NCBI GenBank assembly: GCA_016213735.1
Contig: JACQZU010000022.1
Coordinates: 59,171-123,170, forward strand
DNA length: 64,000 bases
DNA from: Acidobacteriota bacterium
GTDB lineage: Bacteria; Acidobacteriota; Holophagae; Holophagales; Holophagaceae
Direction: 5' to 3'
In this document: positions 30,978-40,872 of the stretch, piece after piece
Numbering within the stretch: position 1 is the first letter of the stretch
Layout of the letters: each line of letters starts with the position of its first letter
The notes under the pieces: model-generated
Seen by the model: the letters and a program-made list of their open reading frames with translations, nothing else
What the model was told of the DNA's origin: nothing
Database searches by the model: none
Program-made: the position numbers and the translations under genes

Positions 30978-33023
30978 TCAGCCTTTGGGCTTCATCATCC
31001 GGCTGCGCAGCTCGTTCCGGATGGCCTCGGCCTGGGGATCGGGGACGGCGGCACCGACTCCGGCCATCTCGCCCACCTTCTGGCTCAGCAGCAGGCCCAG
31101 GAGGCTCTCGATGAGACTTCCGCCTCCCTGGGTGCCCCCGGCCATGTTGATCTTGGGCACCACGTCCACCTGGGATTTCTCGATGGCCTCCGCGAAGCGG
31201 CTCATGACCTGCTGAACCAGCTGGAACTGGGGTCCGCCGTAGGCGCGCACCTGCTCCTCGATGGCCAGGGCCTGGGCGATGCCCACCCGGGCCGCCTGTT
31301 CGGCCTGGGCTTCGGCCATGACCTTGATCCGCTTGGCCTCCCCCTCGCCCATGAGGCGCACCTTCTCCGCCTCGGCCCCCGCCAGGGTCTGGATCTGAGC
31401 CGCCTGCTGCTGGGCCTTGGCGTAGTCCGCCTTGCCCTGGTTGCTCTGGATCTCGATGCTGATGGAGGATTCGGTGAGAAGGGTCTGCTGCTTGGCCTTG
31501 GCCTCGGCCTCGCGAAGCTCCCGCTCCTTCACGGCGGCGCTCTGCTGCCGCTCGTAGGTTTCCACCTGTTCGTTGGCGATCTGACGGCTGCGGAGCTGGA
31601 TGAGGATCTGTTCGATCTGGCCCCCAGGGGCGCCGCTGGTGGGGGTGCCGATGAGCACCTCCTGCAGCTCAAGGTTGTAGAGGGCGAACTTCTCCTTCAT
31701 TTCCTGGCTGCTCTGGGACTGGATGTTGCTGCGGTCCTGGATCAGCTGAATGAGCGTCCGGGTCTGGCCGATGTTCTTGAAATAGGCGCTGACCATCGGG
31801 TCCAGGGTCTGCTCCACGAGCTTCTTGACGTCCCCGAAGCGCTGGATCACCAGGGGGGCCTTCCGGTAATCAATGTGCACCACCACGCTGAGGGGCAGGT
31901 TGGGTTCGAAGGCATCCTTGGTGATGAGGCTCACCTCAGTGAGGTTCTCGTCGAATTTATGGCTCCCCACCTCTCCCCGGGTCCACTTCAGGATGAAATT
32001 CGTGGTGGGGACAATGGACACCTTGCCTGCGTAGGTGTTGAAAGCGTACTTCCCAGGCAGCAGGGCCTCGCTCCAGACGCCCCGCTGGCCCCTGGCCACC
32101 AGCTCACCGTGACGGTATTCCGCGCCGCTGATGTCGGCCCCCTTCTCTCCGGTGTAGCTCACCACGACACCCACCGTGCCCACCTCCACGATGGTCTTGG
32201 GGATCAGTTCCACCGTGGCGAAGAGGCGGTTGATGTAGTAGGTGCCTTCCACGAGCACCTGGTACTGGCGCCCCCGAAGGCCCCCGGCACGCAGGAACTT
32301 GTCCGCATCCTGGAAATTGTTGTGGTAGGTGTCGACGCGGCTTGAATCCTCGCCGACTGTGGGGGCGATGATCTCCCCGCTGTGCAGGCTTGGTCCGTCG
32401 TGGACCGTGACGATGCCCACCGCGTCATCCGTGCCCTTGATGATCACGGGCCGCCACCCTCCGCGCTCGGCGATGATGGCGCTCATCTTCTGGAAGGTCT
32501 CCAGTTCCCCGGGATCCAGGGGCAGGTAGAAGAGGCGGTCCTCGGTGAGCACCACGAACTGGGCGAGGTTGATGGCGTAGATGCCCTCGCGGAGGATCTG
32601 GCGCTGAGGTCCTTTCTGGCCCCCGTTGCGGAGGAAGGCCACCACGTCCTGGAAATCTGCGCCCTTGGCGTTGCTGGCCAGGGCCTGGGTCGGGGGCAGG
32701 TCCTGCCCGTCCCGGGCGAAGACGTACCCGATCTTGCCCTGAGGAATGGTCACCAGGGGCATCTTGTGGATCCGGTACTGGAAGGGCATGAGCAAGTGCC
32801 AGCCGCCCCTGAGGAGTTCGGGCTGGAACCCAGCCTCCTCGTTCATCGCGATGTAGCCCTTGGCCACGGACCCCTTCTTGGGGGCGAAGAGTTTCTCCAC
32901 GATGCCCACGCGGTTGTTGGGGATGTAGCGGAAGGTCTTGGCCAAGAGGATCAGCAGGGCAATCCCCCCGATGAACAGAAGGAAAGCCAGGCCTGGGTGT
33001 TCGAGGAACCAGTTGAAGTCCAT
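30978..33023 (-). CDS. flotillin-family (SPFH/band-7) membrane scaffold protein
   Basis: N-terminal TM segment, SPFH domain, and a long Ala/Glu/Gln-rich coiled-coil (EAQAEQAARVGIAQALAIEEQ…), about 681 aa. Start at ATG 33023. Confidence 0.85.
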   Translation of the reverse strand: MDFNWFLEHPGLAFLLFIGGIALLILLAKTFRYIPNNRVGIVEKLFAPKKGSVAKGYIAMNEEAGFQPELLRGGWHLLMPFQYRIHKMPLVTIPQGKIGYVFARDGQDLPPTQALASNAKGADFQDVVAFLRNGGQKGPQRQILREGIYAINLAQFVVLTEDRLFYLPLDPGELETFQKMSAIIAERGGWRPVIIKGTDDAVGIVTVHDGPSLHSGEIIAPTVGEDSSRVDTYHNNFQDADKFLRAGGLRGRQYQVLVEGTYYINRLFATVELIPKTIVEVGTVGVVVSYTGEKGADISGAEYRHGELVARGQRGVWSEALLPGKYAFNTYAGKVSIVPTTNFILKWTRGEVGSHKFDENLTEVSLITKDAFEPNLPLSVVVHIDYRKAPLVIQRFGDVKKLVEQTLDPMVSAYFKNIGQTRTLIQLIQDRSNIQSQSSQEMKEKFALYNLELQEVLIGTPTSGAPGGQIEQILIQLRSRQIANEQVETYERQQSAAVKERELREAEAKAKQQTLLTESSISIEIQSNQGKADYAKAQQQAAQIQTLAGAEAEKVRLMGEGEAKRIKVMAEAQAEQAARVGIAQALAIEEQVRAYGGPQFQLVQQVMSRFAEAIEKSQVDVVPKINMAGGTQGGGSLIESLLGLLLSQKVGEMAGVGAAVPDPQAEAIRNELRSRMMKPKG

Positions 33024-33208
33024 GGGTGCTCCGGGATGGGACGCGGCAAGTGTACGCCACCGTCGCCTTCGGGGCAGGCCGGAAACGCCGGGCGGAGGGC
33101 CCGGCGGGCCGACCTGCATCCAAAGGGGCCCCACCGGGACTTGCGGAAGGCTTTGCAGAAAAACGGCCTTGGAGGATGATGGGCAGGGGCCCTTGAGGCC
33201 CGTGCCAG

Positions 33209-34303
33209 GTGAACGTGCTTCAGAACCCGACACATTCCACCCGGATCCTCGTGGTTGACGACGAGGCCCTGACCCGGCGAGCCCTCGTCGCCATTTTGCA
33301 CAAGGCCGGGTACGACTGCCTCGAGGCGGAAGGGACGGACGAGGCCTTGTCCCTCCTGGAGAAGATGCCTCCCGAATTGGTGCTGGCCGACATCCAGATG
33401 CCCGGCCGGTCCGGGCTGGACCTGGTGAAGGCCATGGCCGACCGGATCCCGGAGGTTTCCGTGGTGATGGTCACGGGGGTGGACGACGCCAATGTGGCCA
33501 CCGAGTGCCTGGGCCTCGGGGCCTACGGATACGTCATCAAGCCCATCCTGCCCAACGCCATCCTGATCGCCGTGGCCAATGCCCTGCGCCGCCGGATGCT
33601 GGAGATCGAGCACCGGGACCGGGAGGCGATCCTGGCCCGGAAGGTCCGAGAGCAGACCCTGGAACTTCGTGCCTCCAGGGAGGAGATCGCTTGGCGCCTG
33701 CTGGCGGCCAGCGAGCACCGGGACACCGAGACCGGAGCCCACATCCGGCGCATCGGGCTCTACGCCGCCGCCATGGGCCGCCTCCTGGGCTGGGACCCGG
33801 ACCGCATCGAATCACTGCAGGCCGCCGCCCCCATGCACGACATCGGAAAGATCGGGATCCCGGACCGGATCCTCCAGAAGCCAGGTCCCCTGACCGAAGA
33901 CGAATGGCGGGTGATGCGGACCCATGCGGCCACCGGGGCGGCGATCCTGCAGGATTCAGAGGTGCCGTTCATCTCCATGGGGGCCCGCATCGCGGTCTGC
34001 CACCACGAGCGGTGGGATGGTTCAGGCTACCCCGCGGGGCTCCGCAATGAGCAGATTCCCCTGGAGGCAAGGATCACCTGCCTCGTGGACGTGTACGACG
34101 CCTTGAACAACCACCGCTGCTACCACCAGGCCTGGCCCGAGGAAAAGGCCCTGGCCTACATGAAGGGCAAGCGGGGCGAGATCTTCGACCCGGTGCTGGC
34201 GGACCTTTTCTTCACGCACTACGAGACCTTCCAGAACATCCTGCGCACCAATCCCGACGCGCCCATGCCTCCCTTCAAGGCGGCCAGGACGGGCCAGGCC
34301 TGA
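33209..34303 (+). CDS. response regulator with HD-GYP phosphodiesterase domain (RpfG-like)
   Basis: REC (…ILVVDDEALT…LADIQMPGRSG…) plus HD (…HDIGKIGIPD…) and GYP (…HHERWDGSGYP…) motifs. Confidence 0.85.
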   Translation: MNVLQNPTHSTRILVVDDEALTRRALVAILHKAGYDCLEAEGTDEALSLLEKMPPELVLADIQMPGRSGLDLVKAMADRIPEVSVVMVTGVDDANVATECLGLGAYGYVIKPILPNAILIAVANALRRRMLEIEHRDREAILARKVREQTLELRASREEIAWRLLAASEHRDTETGAHIRRIGLYAAAMGRLLGWDPDRIESLQAAAPMHDIGKIGIPDRILQKPGPLTEDEWRVMRTHAATGAAILQDSEVPFISMGARIAVCHHERWDGSGYPAGLRNEQIPLEARITCLVDVYDALNNHRCYHQAWPEEKALAYMKGKRGEIFDPVLADLFFTHYETFQNILRTNPDAPMPPFKAARTGQA

Positions 34304-34380
34304 AGGTCTGGAGGTTTCCGGCCAGGCGCCGGGGTTCGGGGCGGCTCCCAGGACCCCAGGGCGACGATCCTCCAGGCCGC

Positions 34381-35664
34381 TCAGGACCCCCTGGAAGCAC
34401 GGCAGAGTTCGTGCCACTCCCGGTCCAGCTGTTCGCGATGCTGGGGCGCAGCGATGGCGATCATGGCCTTGGCGCGTTCCCGCAAGGTCTTCCCGAAGAG
34501 GTAGGCCACACCGTACTCCGTGACCACGAAATGGACATGGGGGCGCGTGGTCACCACGCCCGCCCCGGGTTTGAGGGTGGTGGTGATGCGGCTCTCCCCG
34601 CGCTTCGTGGTGGAGGGCAGGGCGATGATGGGCTTACCGCCCTTGCTGAGGAAGGCGCCGCGCATGAAGTCCATCTGCCCTCCGACCCCGGAGATGATGC
34701 GGTGGCCGATGCTGTCCGCGCAGACCTGGCCCGTGAGGTCCACCTCCACCGCCGAATTGATCGCGGCCATCTTGGGGTTCCGGGCGATGACGTTGGGCTG
34801 GTTGACGTAGGCGATGTCCAGGAAGACCACGGCCGGGTTGTCGTCGATGAAGTCGTAGAGCTTGCGGGACCCCCCGGTGAAGCCCGCCACCAGCTTTCCC
34901 GGGTGGATGACCTTCTGGGTATTGTCGATGGCCCCGCTCTCGTAGAGGGGAAGCACACCGTCGCTGAACATCTCGGTGTGGATGCCCAGGTGCTTGTGGT
35001 GGGCCAGCGCCGCCAGGACGGCGTCGGGGACCGCCCCGATCCCCATCTGGAGGGTGGCCCCGTCCTCGATGAGCTCCGCGCAGTTGCGGCCGATGGCCCG
35101 CTCAACCTCCGTGAGGGGTTCGGGCCGGTGTTCGGGGATTTCCGCCTCCTCCTCGATGAAGTAGTCCACGCTGCCGAGGTGGACGAATCCGTCCCCGTGC
35201 ACGCGGGGCATGCGGGGATTGATCTGGGCCACCACGATGTCGGCGCTGTCCACCGCGGCCCGGGCCACGTCCACGCTGGTTCCAAGTGTGCAGAAGCCGT
35301 GCCGGTCCGGAGGGCTCAGCTGCACCATGGCCACGCTGAGGTGCCGGGTCTTGGTGCGGAAGAGGCTGGGGATCTCGGAGAGGAAGCAGGGCACATAGTC
35401 CACCCGGTCATGGTCGATGTAAGGGCGAATGTTGGCGCCGGTGAAGAGGTTGGCCACCCGGAAGCTGGCGGCAAACTCGGGCCGGGCGTAGTCGGCGGTT
35501 CCCGCCGTGTGGAGGTGCGTGATCTCGACGTCCCGAAGCTCCGGGGCACGGTCCACCAGGGCCTTCACCAGGGCCAGGGGCGTGGCCACGCCGCCGTGAA
35601 GGAAGACCCGGTGGCCGGACCGGACACAGGCGACCGCTTCGGCGGCACTGACACATTTGGGCAT
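34381..35664 (-). CDS. acetyl-CoA hydrolase/transferase family protein (4-hydroxybutyrate/succinate CoA-transferase-like)
   Basis: Family motifs across the full length (…GIGAVPDAVL…, …GSRKLYDF…, …SGVGGQMDFMRGA…). ATG at 35664 with GGAGG 6 nt upstream; the track start at 35676 is TTG. Confidence 0.85.
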   Translation of the reverse strand: MPKCVSAAEAVACVRSGHRVFLHGGVATPLALVKALVDRAPELRDVEITHLHTAGTADYARPEFAASFRVANLFTGANIRPYIDHDRVDYVPCFLSEIPSLFRTKTRHLSVAMVQLSPPDRHGFCTLGTSVDVARAAVDSADIVVAQINPRMPRVHGDGFVHLGSVDYFIEEEAEIPEHRPEPLTEVERAIGRNCAELIEDGATLQMGIGAVPDAVLAALAHHKHLGIHTEMFSDGVLPLYESGAIDNTQKVIHPGKLVAGFTGGSRKLYDFIDDNPAVVFLDIAYVNQPNVIARNPKMAAINSAVEVDLTGQVCADSIGHRIISGVGGQMDFMRGAFLSKGGKPIIALPSTTKRGESRITTTLKPGAGVVTTRPHVHFVVTEYGVAYLFGKTLRERAKAMIAIAAPQHREQLDREWHELCRASRGS

Positions 35665-35798
35665 GAGAGCCTCCAAAGACCTCCGTCCAGTCTAGGCCCT
35701 ACCCGAAGTCCAAGTGCTGTGGACGCCATGGTTGTGATCCAGGTCAAGGCTCAGGGGCGGGGCCAGGCCCCCCGCCTCCATCCCGCTTCCGGCGACCT

Positions 35799-37292
35799 CT
35801 ACCCCGAGGCCCGGGCCGCCCCGCCGATCACCTCCGCCAGGGCTTCCGCCATTCGACGGCACGCTTCGTTCTGCTCCGCCAGGTCGTGGGCGGCGAAGCC
35901 CAGGCAGATGGCGGGCAGGGGGCGGCGGCTGAATTCGTAGAGGCGTCCCGGGTAGAAGACCACCCCCTTGGCGGCGCAGCGTTCGGTGAAGGCATCCAGG
36001 TTCACTTGGGGCGAGACCCGGACCCACAGGGACAAGCCTTCCTTGGGATCCTCCACTTGAAGGTGGGGATGGAGGTGGAGGAGGATGCGGTCCACCATGC
36101 TCTCCCGGCGGGCGTCGGTGATCTTGCGGATCCGGGAGAGGTGCCGATGGATCTCCCCGTCCCGGAAGAGCTCCTCGATGGTGGCCTCCTGGACGGGGTT
36201 GCCCGGCCAGTCGATGAGCTGGCGCTGCTTGGCCAGGGTCTTGGCCAGGCCCGCGGCTCCTACAATGAAGCCCACCTGCATCCCGGGGGCCAGCATGGGT
36301 TCCAGGGCGCTGTAGTACAGCACCGATCCTCGGCTGTCCTGGCTGGCAAGGGGCAAGGACGGATTGGACTCCCGCTGGAACCCCAGGCTCGGATCACCTT
36401 CCAGGATCCGCGCCCCGGAGGCCTGGACCAGGCCCAGGAGGGCGGAGCGCCGGGCGGTGCTGAGCACCGCGTGGGTGGGGTGCTGGGGGCTGGCGGTGAT
36501 GCAGACGAGCTTGACGGGTTCCCGCGCCATGAGCTCCTGAAGCAGGTCCACCCGAAGCCCCTCCCCATCCACCGGGATGGGGAACAGGCGGGCCCCGGCG
36601 GCCTGGAAGGCCTCGGCCACCCGGAAGTAGCCCGGGTTTTCCACCGCCACCGCATCCCCGGGGGCGAAGAGCACCCTGGACACCAGGTTGAGCGTGCTCA
36701 TGAGGCCGCGCGTCAGCACCAGGTTGCCCGGCTCCACCACCAGCCCCCGAAGTTCCCGCAGGAGGCGGCAGAGTGAGACCCGCAGGTCCAGAAGACCCCG
36801 GGGGTCCCAGGCGGGCTGCAGGATGCGCTGCTGTTGGAGGTTGAGCACCCGCCCGTGGGCCCGGTGGATGGCCGCCGTGGGGGCGAGGCGCACGTCGGGC
36901 AGCTCTGGGATGAGCCTGAAGCCCCCCCGGTCCACGGCCCGGGGCTGGAAGAAGGGTTCGGTGAGGGGGGTGGCGGAGGTCCAGGAACCCGAATCCCCCG
37001 CGGCGATGCTGGCCTCCTCGGAAGGAACGAGCTGGGGAGGGTGCTCCGCCACGAAGCTGCCCCGATCCGGCTCGCAGCGGATCCAGCCTTCCGCCTCCAA
37101 TTCCCGGAAGGCCGCGATGACGGTGTTCCGGTTCACCCGGAAGTGTTCCGCCAGGGCCCGGGAGCCGGGCAGGCAGTCCCCGGGTCGAAGCCGCCCCTTC
37201 CGGATCCCCGCGGCGATTCCGGCCACGAACTGGAGGTAGAGCGGTTCCCGGGCCGAACGGTCCAGGAGGATGTCCAGGGCGGAAGGGTTCAC
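35799..37292 (-). CDS. MocR-family transcriptional regulator (GntR HTH fused to a PLP aminotransferase-like domain)
   Basis: N-terminal wHTH (…PLYLQFVAGIAAGI…LPGSRALAEHFRVNRNTVIAAFRELE…) plus a fold-type-I aminotransferase domain. GTG start assumed at 37292; the longer low-complexity extension is rejected. Confidence 0.7.
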   Translation of the reverse strand: MNPSALDILLDRSAREPLYLQFVAGIAAGIRKGRLRPGDCLPGSRALAEHFRVNRNTVIAAFRELEAEGWIRCEPDRGSFVAEHPPQLVPSEEASIAAGDSGSWTSATPLTEPFFQPRAVDRGGFRLIPELPDVRLAPTAAIHRAHGRVLNLQQQRILQPAWDPRGLLDLRVSLCRLLRELRGLVVEPGNLVLTRGLMSTLNLVSRVLFAPGDAVAVENPGYFRVAEAFQAAGARLFPIPVDGEGLRVDLLQELMAREPVKLVCITASPQHPTHAVLSTARRSALLGLVQASGARILEGDPSLGFQRESNPSLPLASQDSRGSVLYYSALEPMLAPGMQVGFIVGAAGLAKTLAKQRQLIDWPGNPVQEATIEELFRDGEIHRHLSRIRKITDARRESMVDRILLHLHPHLQVEDPKEGLSLWVRVSPQVNLDAFTERCAAKGVVFYPGRLYEFSRRPLPAICLGFAAHDLAEQNEACRRMAEALAEVIGGAARASG

Positions 37293-37467
37293 GGGGCCGG
37301 CCTCCAGAAAAGGATGGCGGATCCTGGTCCGGGAGGAAGGACCGGAGGGGGGTCCTTTTTTCGACCGGATCTGGGACGGGGAGGGGGCCGAACCCAAAGT
37401 CAGGCCCAGCGACAGCCACCGGACCCTGCCCGAGGCAGGACCTTCACCCGAACTCCCAGGAGCGCCC

Positions 37468-37983
37468 ATGCCATCCTCCGCCGAAACACCCGATCTCGAT
37501 CGCAGGACCCTTTGCGCCTGCGGCCTGGCCCTGGCCGCGGGGGTCGCCTGCGGGGGCGGCGGAGGGGGTGGTGGGACCACGACGCCTCCCCCCGGGGGGG
37601 GCTCCACGACGGTGACCACCACCGACACCAAGGCGGGGCTCCTGGCCCAACCCGCCGGCACCGTGAGGGACTACACCAGCAGTTCGTCCCCTTGTCCGAA
37701 CTCGGTCGGTGCCGCCCAGGGGTACTACCTGGCGCGGGACAGCGGGGGCATCTTCGCGATCAGCGCCAGCTGCCTCCATCTGGGGGGCCGGATCACCCCC
37801 AATGCCGGCGGCTTCTCCTGCGGCTGCCACGGCAGCGGCTATGACCTCAACGGGACGGTCACCAAGGGTCCGGCCCCGGTCGGCAGCGTCCTGGCCCACT
37901 ACGAAGTCCGGGAGTCCACCGCTGGAGGGGTCCTTCTCATCGACACCAGCAAGACCGTCTCCGCCAGCACGCGCTTGAACTGA
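37468..37983 (+). CDS. Tat-exported Rieske [2Fe-2S] domain lipoprotein
   Basis: Twin-arginine signal with lipobox (…DRRTLCACGLALAAGVAC), Gly/Thr linker, Rieske boxes CLHLGG and CGCHGS. Confidence 0.7.
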   Translation: MPSSAETPDLDRRTLCACGLALAAGVACGGGGGGGGTTTPPPGGGSTTVTTTDTKAGLLAQPAGTVRDYTSSSSPCPNSVGAAQGYYLARDSGGIFAISASCLHLGGRITPNAGGFSCGCHGSGYDLNGTVTKGPAPVGSVLAHYEVRESTAGGVLLIDTSKTVSASTRLN

Positions 37984-38111
37984 GCGATTCGCGCCGGGGA
38001 GGGGGTCCCCGGATCGCGGGCGGAAGGGGTGGGAGCCCCAGCCCCTTCCGCCGATTGCGGGTTTCCTGGACCCCTCCTGTCCCAGAGAAAAGGAACGGCA
38101 GATTCCTGGGC

Positions 38112-38702
38112 TCAGGTGGCGGAAGGGGGGGAGGCGACCGAACCCAGGTAGAAGTCCAGCATGGCGTCCAGGGAGGCGGGATCCCGGCGCAGGCGGCTCC
38201 TCAGGGCGGCACCCTCCCAGCAATCCACCAGCAGTTCCGCGAGCTGCACGGGCTCACAGGGGGAGCAGATCTCGCCCCGGCTCCTCGCCTCCCCGAGGCA
38301 CAGGGCCAGGCGGGCGGCGATGGCGGCGAAGCACGCCTCGATCTTGCCGCGGAACGCCTCGCTCACGCCCGAAAGCTCCTGGCCGAGCCCTCCCAGGAGG
38401 CATCCCATGTAGCCCTCCTCCCGATAGGCCTCCTTGGTGAGGCTGAAGAAACGCCGCACCCGCGCCAGGGGCGGAAGGGCCGGGTCCCCGAGGCACGCAT
38501 CCAGGCCTGCGTGGACCTGGGCCATGTAGGCGTCCACCACCTGCAGGGCGAAGGCCTCCTTGTCCTTGAAGTGATGGTAGAAGGAGCCCTTGGGAATCCC
38601 CGTGGCGGCCAGGATGGCCTCGATCCCCAGACCGTTGTAGCCGTGCTCCAGGAGCAGGCGGAGGCCGGCCTCGATCAGACGCTGCTTCGTCGAAGGGCTC
38701 AT
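38112..38702 (-). CDS. TetR/AcrR-family transcriptional regulator
   Basis: N-terminal TetR HTH (…LLLEHGYNGLGIEAILAATGIPKGSFYHHF…). Confidence 0.8.
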   Translation of the reverse strand: MSPSTKQRLIEAGLRLLLEHGYNGLGIEAILAATGIPKGSFYHHFKDKEAFALQVVDAYMAQVHAGLDACLGDPALPPLARVRRFFSLTKEAYREEGYMGCLLGGLGQELSGVSEAFRGKIEACFAAIAARLALCLGEARSRGEICSPCEPVQLAELLVDCWEGAALRSRLRRDPASLDAMLDFYLGSVASPPSAT

Positions 38703-38793
38703 CGGGACATTGTCCGCCCCTCGGGGCGGGGCAGGGAAGGCTGTGGGGCCACCGCCCCCCCGCGCCCCGCCCCCCCGGAGCCGGCGGACCGCT

Positions 38794-39180
38794 TCAGGCG
38801 CCCACCTTCTCGATCATGTGCCGGATCACCTGGCCGTGTTCGTGCTGGGGACTGAACATGACGATTTCCGCGTCTTCGTCCACCCGGACGTTGTGGCCCG
38901 GAGGCCAGAAGAACAGATCGTCCGTGCGGACCGTTTCCTGTCGGCCTGCTCCGTCGGTGGTGGTGATCCTTCCGCGGAGGACGAAGCCCCAGTGGGGGCA
39001 CTGGCAGAGGTTCCCCTCCAGCCCGTGGAAGAGCGGGGTGGTGTCCACACCCGCCGCCAGCGTGAAATACTCCCCGCTGATCTTCCCGTACCCGGCTGCG
39101 TCGCCGAAATCCGTCTGCTGGCGGATGACCGCGCCGGGGATTTGCATCCTGACCTGCACCTTCTCCTTGGCAACTCGCAT
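38794..39180 (-). CDS. cupin-domain protein
   Basis: 128 aa with a cupin-fold-like sequence (…GEYFTLAAGVDTT…HWGFVLRGRITT…). Confidence 0.6.
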   Translation of the reverse strand: MRVAKEKVQVRMQIPGAVIRQQTDFGDAAGYGKISGEYFTLAAGVDTTPLFHGLEGNLCQCPHWGFVLRGRITTTDGAGRQETVRTDDLFFWPPGHNVRVDEDAEIVMFSPQHEHGQVIRHMIEKVGA

Positions 39181-39298
39181 GTCGCGCCTCCTGGGTGAAA
39201 TGGGTGATTAGACCGATCAGTCTAATCAGACGATAGGCCCCCACGGCCCCCTGTCAAGGGAGGAGGAGGCCGCCGCTGCCCTGCCTGGAAGCCGGCCC

Positions 39299-40204
39299 TC
39301 AGCCCGCGGCCAGGGCGGCCAGGGCGATGGAGCAGAGCTTGGTGCGGGTGCTGTCCCCGCGGCTGCTGAGGATGCAAGGGACCCGTGCCCCCACCACCAT
39401 GGCCGCGACTTCGGCTCCCGCAAGCTTGGTGCTGGTCTTGTAGAAGACGTTGCCCCCCTCGATGTTGGCGAAGACCAGACCATCGGCGTCCCCCGCCACC
39501 GGTCCTCCCAGGCCCTTGATCCGGGCGGCCTCCGGATCTACGGCGGCGTCCAGGCCCATGGGCCCGTCCACCCAGGCCCCGGGGAACTGCCCCCGATCGG
39601 CCATCTTCGCGATGAGCGCCGCCTCGGTGCTGTGCCGGTACTTGGGCAGCACCTGCTCGCTGGCCGCGACCAGGGCCACCTTGGGCTGGGGAATGCCCAG
39701 GGTGCGGAGGGTCTGGATGACGTAGGCCGTGATGGCCAGCTTCTGCGCCAGGTCCGGTTCGGGGATCACGGCGAGGTCCCCGCACACCAGGAGCTTCGGA
39801 TACCGGGGGTGCTGCACGACGGTCACATGACTCAGGATTCCTCCGGGGTCCACCAGGCCTCGATCCTTGTCCAGGATCGCCCGCATGTAGCGGTCGGTGC
39901 TGAGGGAGCCCTTCATGAGAAGATCCGCCTCCCCGGCGTTCACCAGATCCACGGCCAGGGCGGCGGCGCGGAGCGGATCCGGTTCGTGGTGGATGCGCAG
40001 CGGCCCGAGGTCCAACCCCTCGGACCGGCCCATGTCCCGAATGGCGGGCTCGTCGCCGGTGAGGATCCCATCCACGATCCCCCCGGCCACCGCCTGGAGG
40101 ACCGCCTCCAAGGTGTGGGCGTCCTGGGCCACGGCCGCCGCCAGCCGCTTTCGCGGCCGCCCACGGACCGCCTCCAGGATCTGGTCGAGCTGGGTGATGG
40201 GCAC
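39299..40204 (-). CDS. phosphate acetyl/butyryl-transferase family (Pta/Ptb, about 300 aa)
   Basis: Pta/Ptb signatures (…VVQHPRYPKLLVCGDLAV…, …SSRGDS…). Confidence 0.8.
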   Translation of the reverse strand: MPITQLDQILEAVRGRPRKRLAAAVAQDAHTLEAVLQAVAGGIVDGILTGDEPAIRDMGRSEGLDLGPLRIHHEPDPLRAAALAVDLVNAGEADLLMKGSLSTDRYMRAILDKDRGLVDPGGILSHVTVVQHPRYPKLLVCGDLAVIPEPDLAQKLAITAYVIQTLRTLGIPQPKVALVAASEQVLPKYRHSTEAALIAKMADRGQFPGAWVDGPMGLDAAVDPEAARIKGLGGPVAGDADGLVFANIEGGNVFYKTSTKLAGAEVAAMVVGARVPCILSSRGDSTRTKLCSIALAALAAG

Positions 40205-40338
40205 GGGACCTCCGGGAAGGGGGCTCTGGCGGAGAGCCTAGCATCGCTCGAGGGGGCGGCGTTCCATCCTCGGAGCTGGAAGGATGGGCTCGACCCCCGC
40301 CGTGGGCGGACGGATAATGCCCTCCCCGGGAGACTCCC

Positions 40339-40872
40339 ATGAACCGCTGCCTCGTCCTCCGTCCCCAGCCCGGCGAGTATGCCCCCTACCACGGCAGGTA
40401 CATCGAAAAGGTCCCCGATGGGAACCTCGACGAGATCCTGGAGGCCCAGTGGGAGGAACTGGGCTGCCTCCTGGAGGAACTGGACGACGAGGCGGCGGAG
40501 TTCCGCTACGCCGAGGGCAAGTGGAGCGTGAAGGAACTCCTGGGACACCTGGTGGACGCGGAGCGCATCTTTGCCTACCGCATGCTGTGCGTGGCCCGGG
40601 GGGACCAGACCCCCCTTCCGGGCTTCGACGAGAACGCCTACGTGGCCGCCGCCAACTTCGACGCCAAGCCCCTGGAGACCCTCCTGGAGGAGTACGACCT
40701 GGTGCGGGGCCAGACCCTGGGCCTGCTCCGCGGCATGGGCGAGGAGGAGCTGGCGCGGCGGGGCACGGTGAACGGCAACTCCCTCACCGCCCGGGCCATC
40801 GCCTTCATGCTGGCGGGGCACGAGCTGCACCACCTCGGCGTGCTCAAGGAAAAGTACCTCCCGAGCTTCTGA
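40339..40872 (+). CDS. DinB/YfiT-like (DinB_2) metal-dependent protein
   Basis: DinB_2 four-helix signature (…WSVKELLGHLVDAERIF…HELHHLG…). Confidence 0.7.
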   Translation: MNRCLVLRPQPGEYAPYHGRYIEKVPDGNLDEILEAQWEELGCLLEELDDEAAEFRYAEGKWSVKELLGHLVDAERIFAYRMLCVARGDQTPLPGFDENAYVAAANFDAKPLETLLEEYDLVRGQTLGLLRGMGEEELARRGTVNGNSLTARAIAFMLAGHELHHLGVLKEKYLPSF

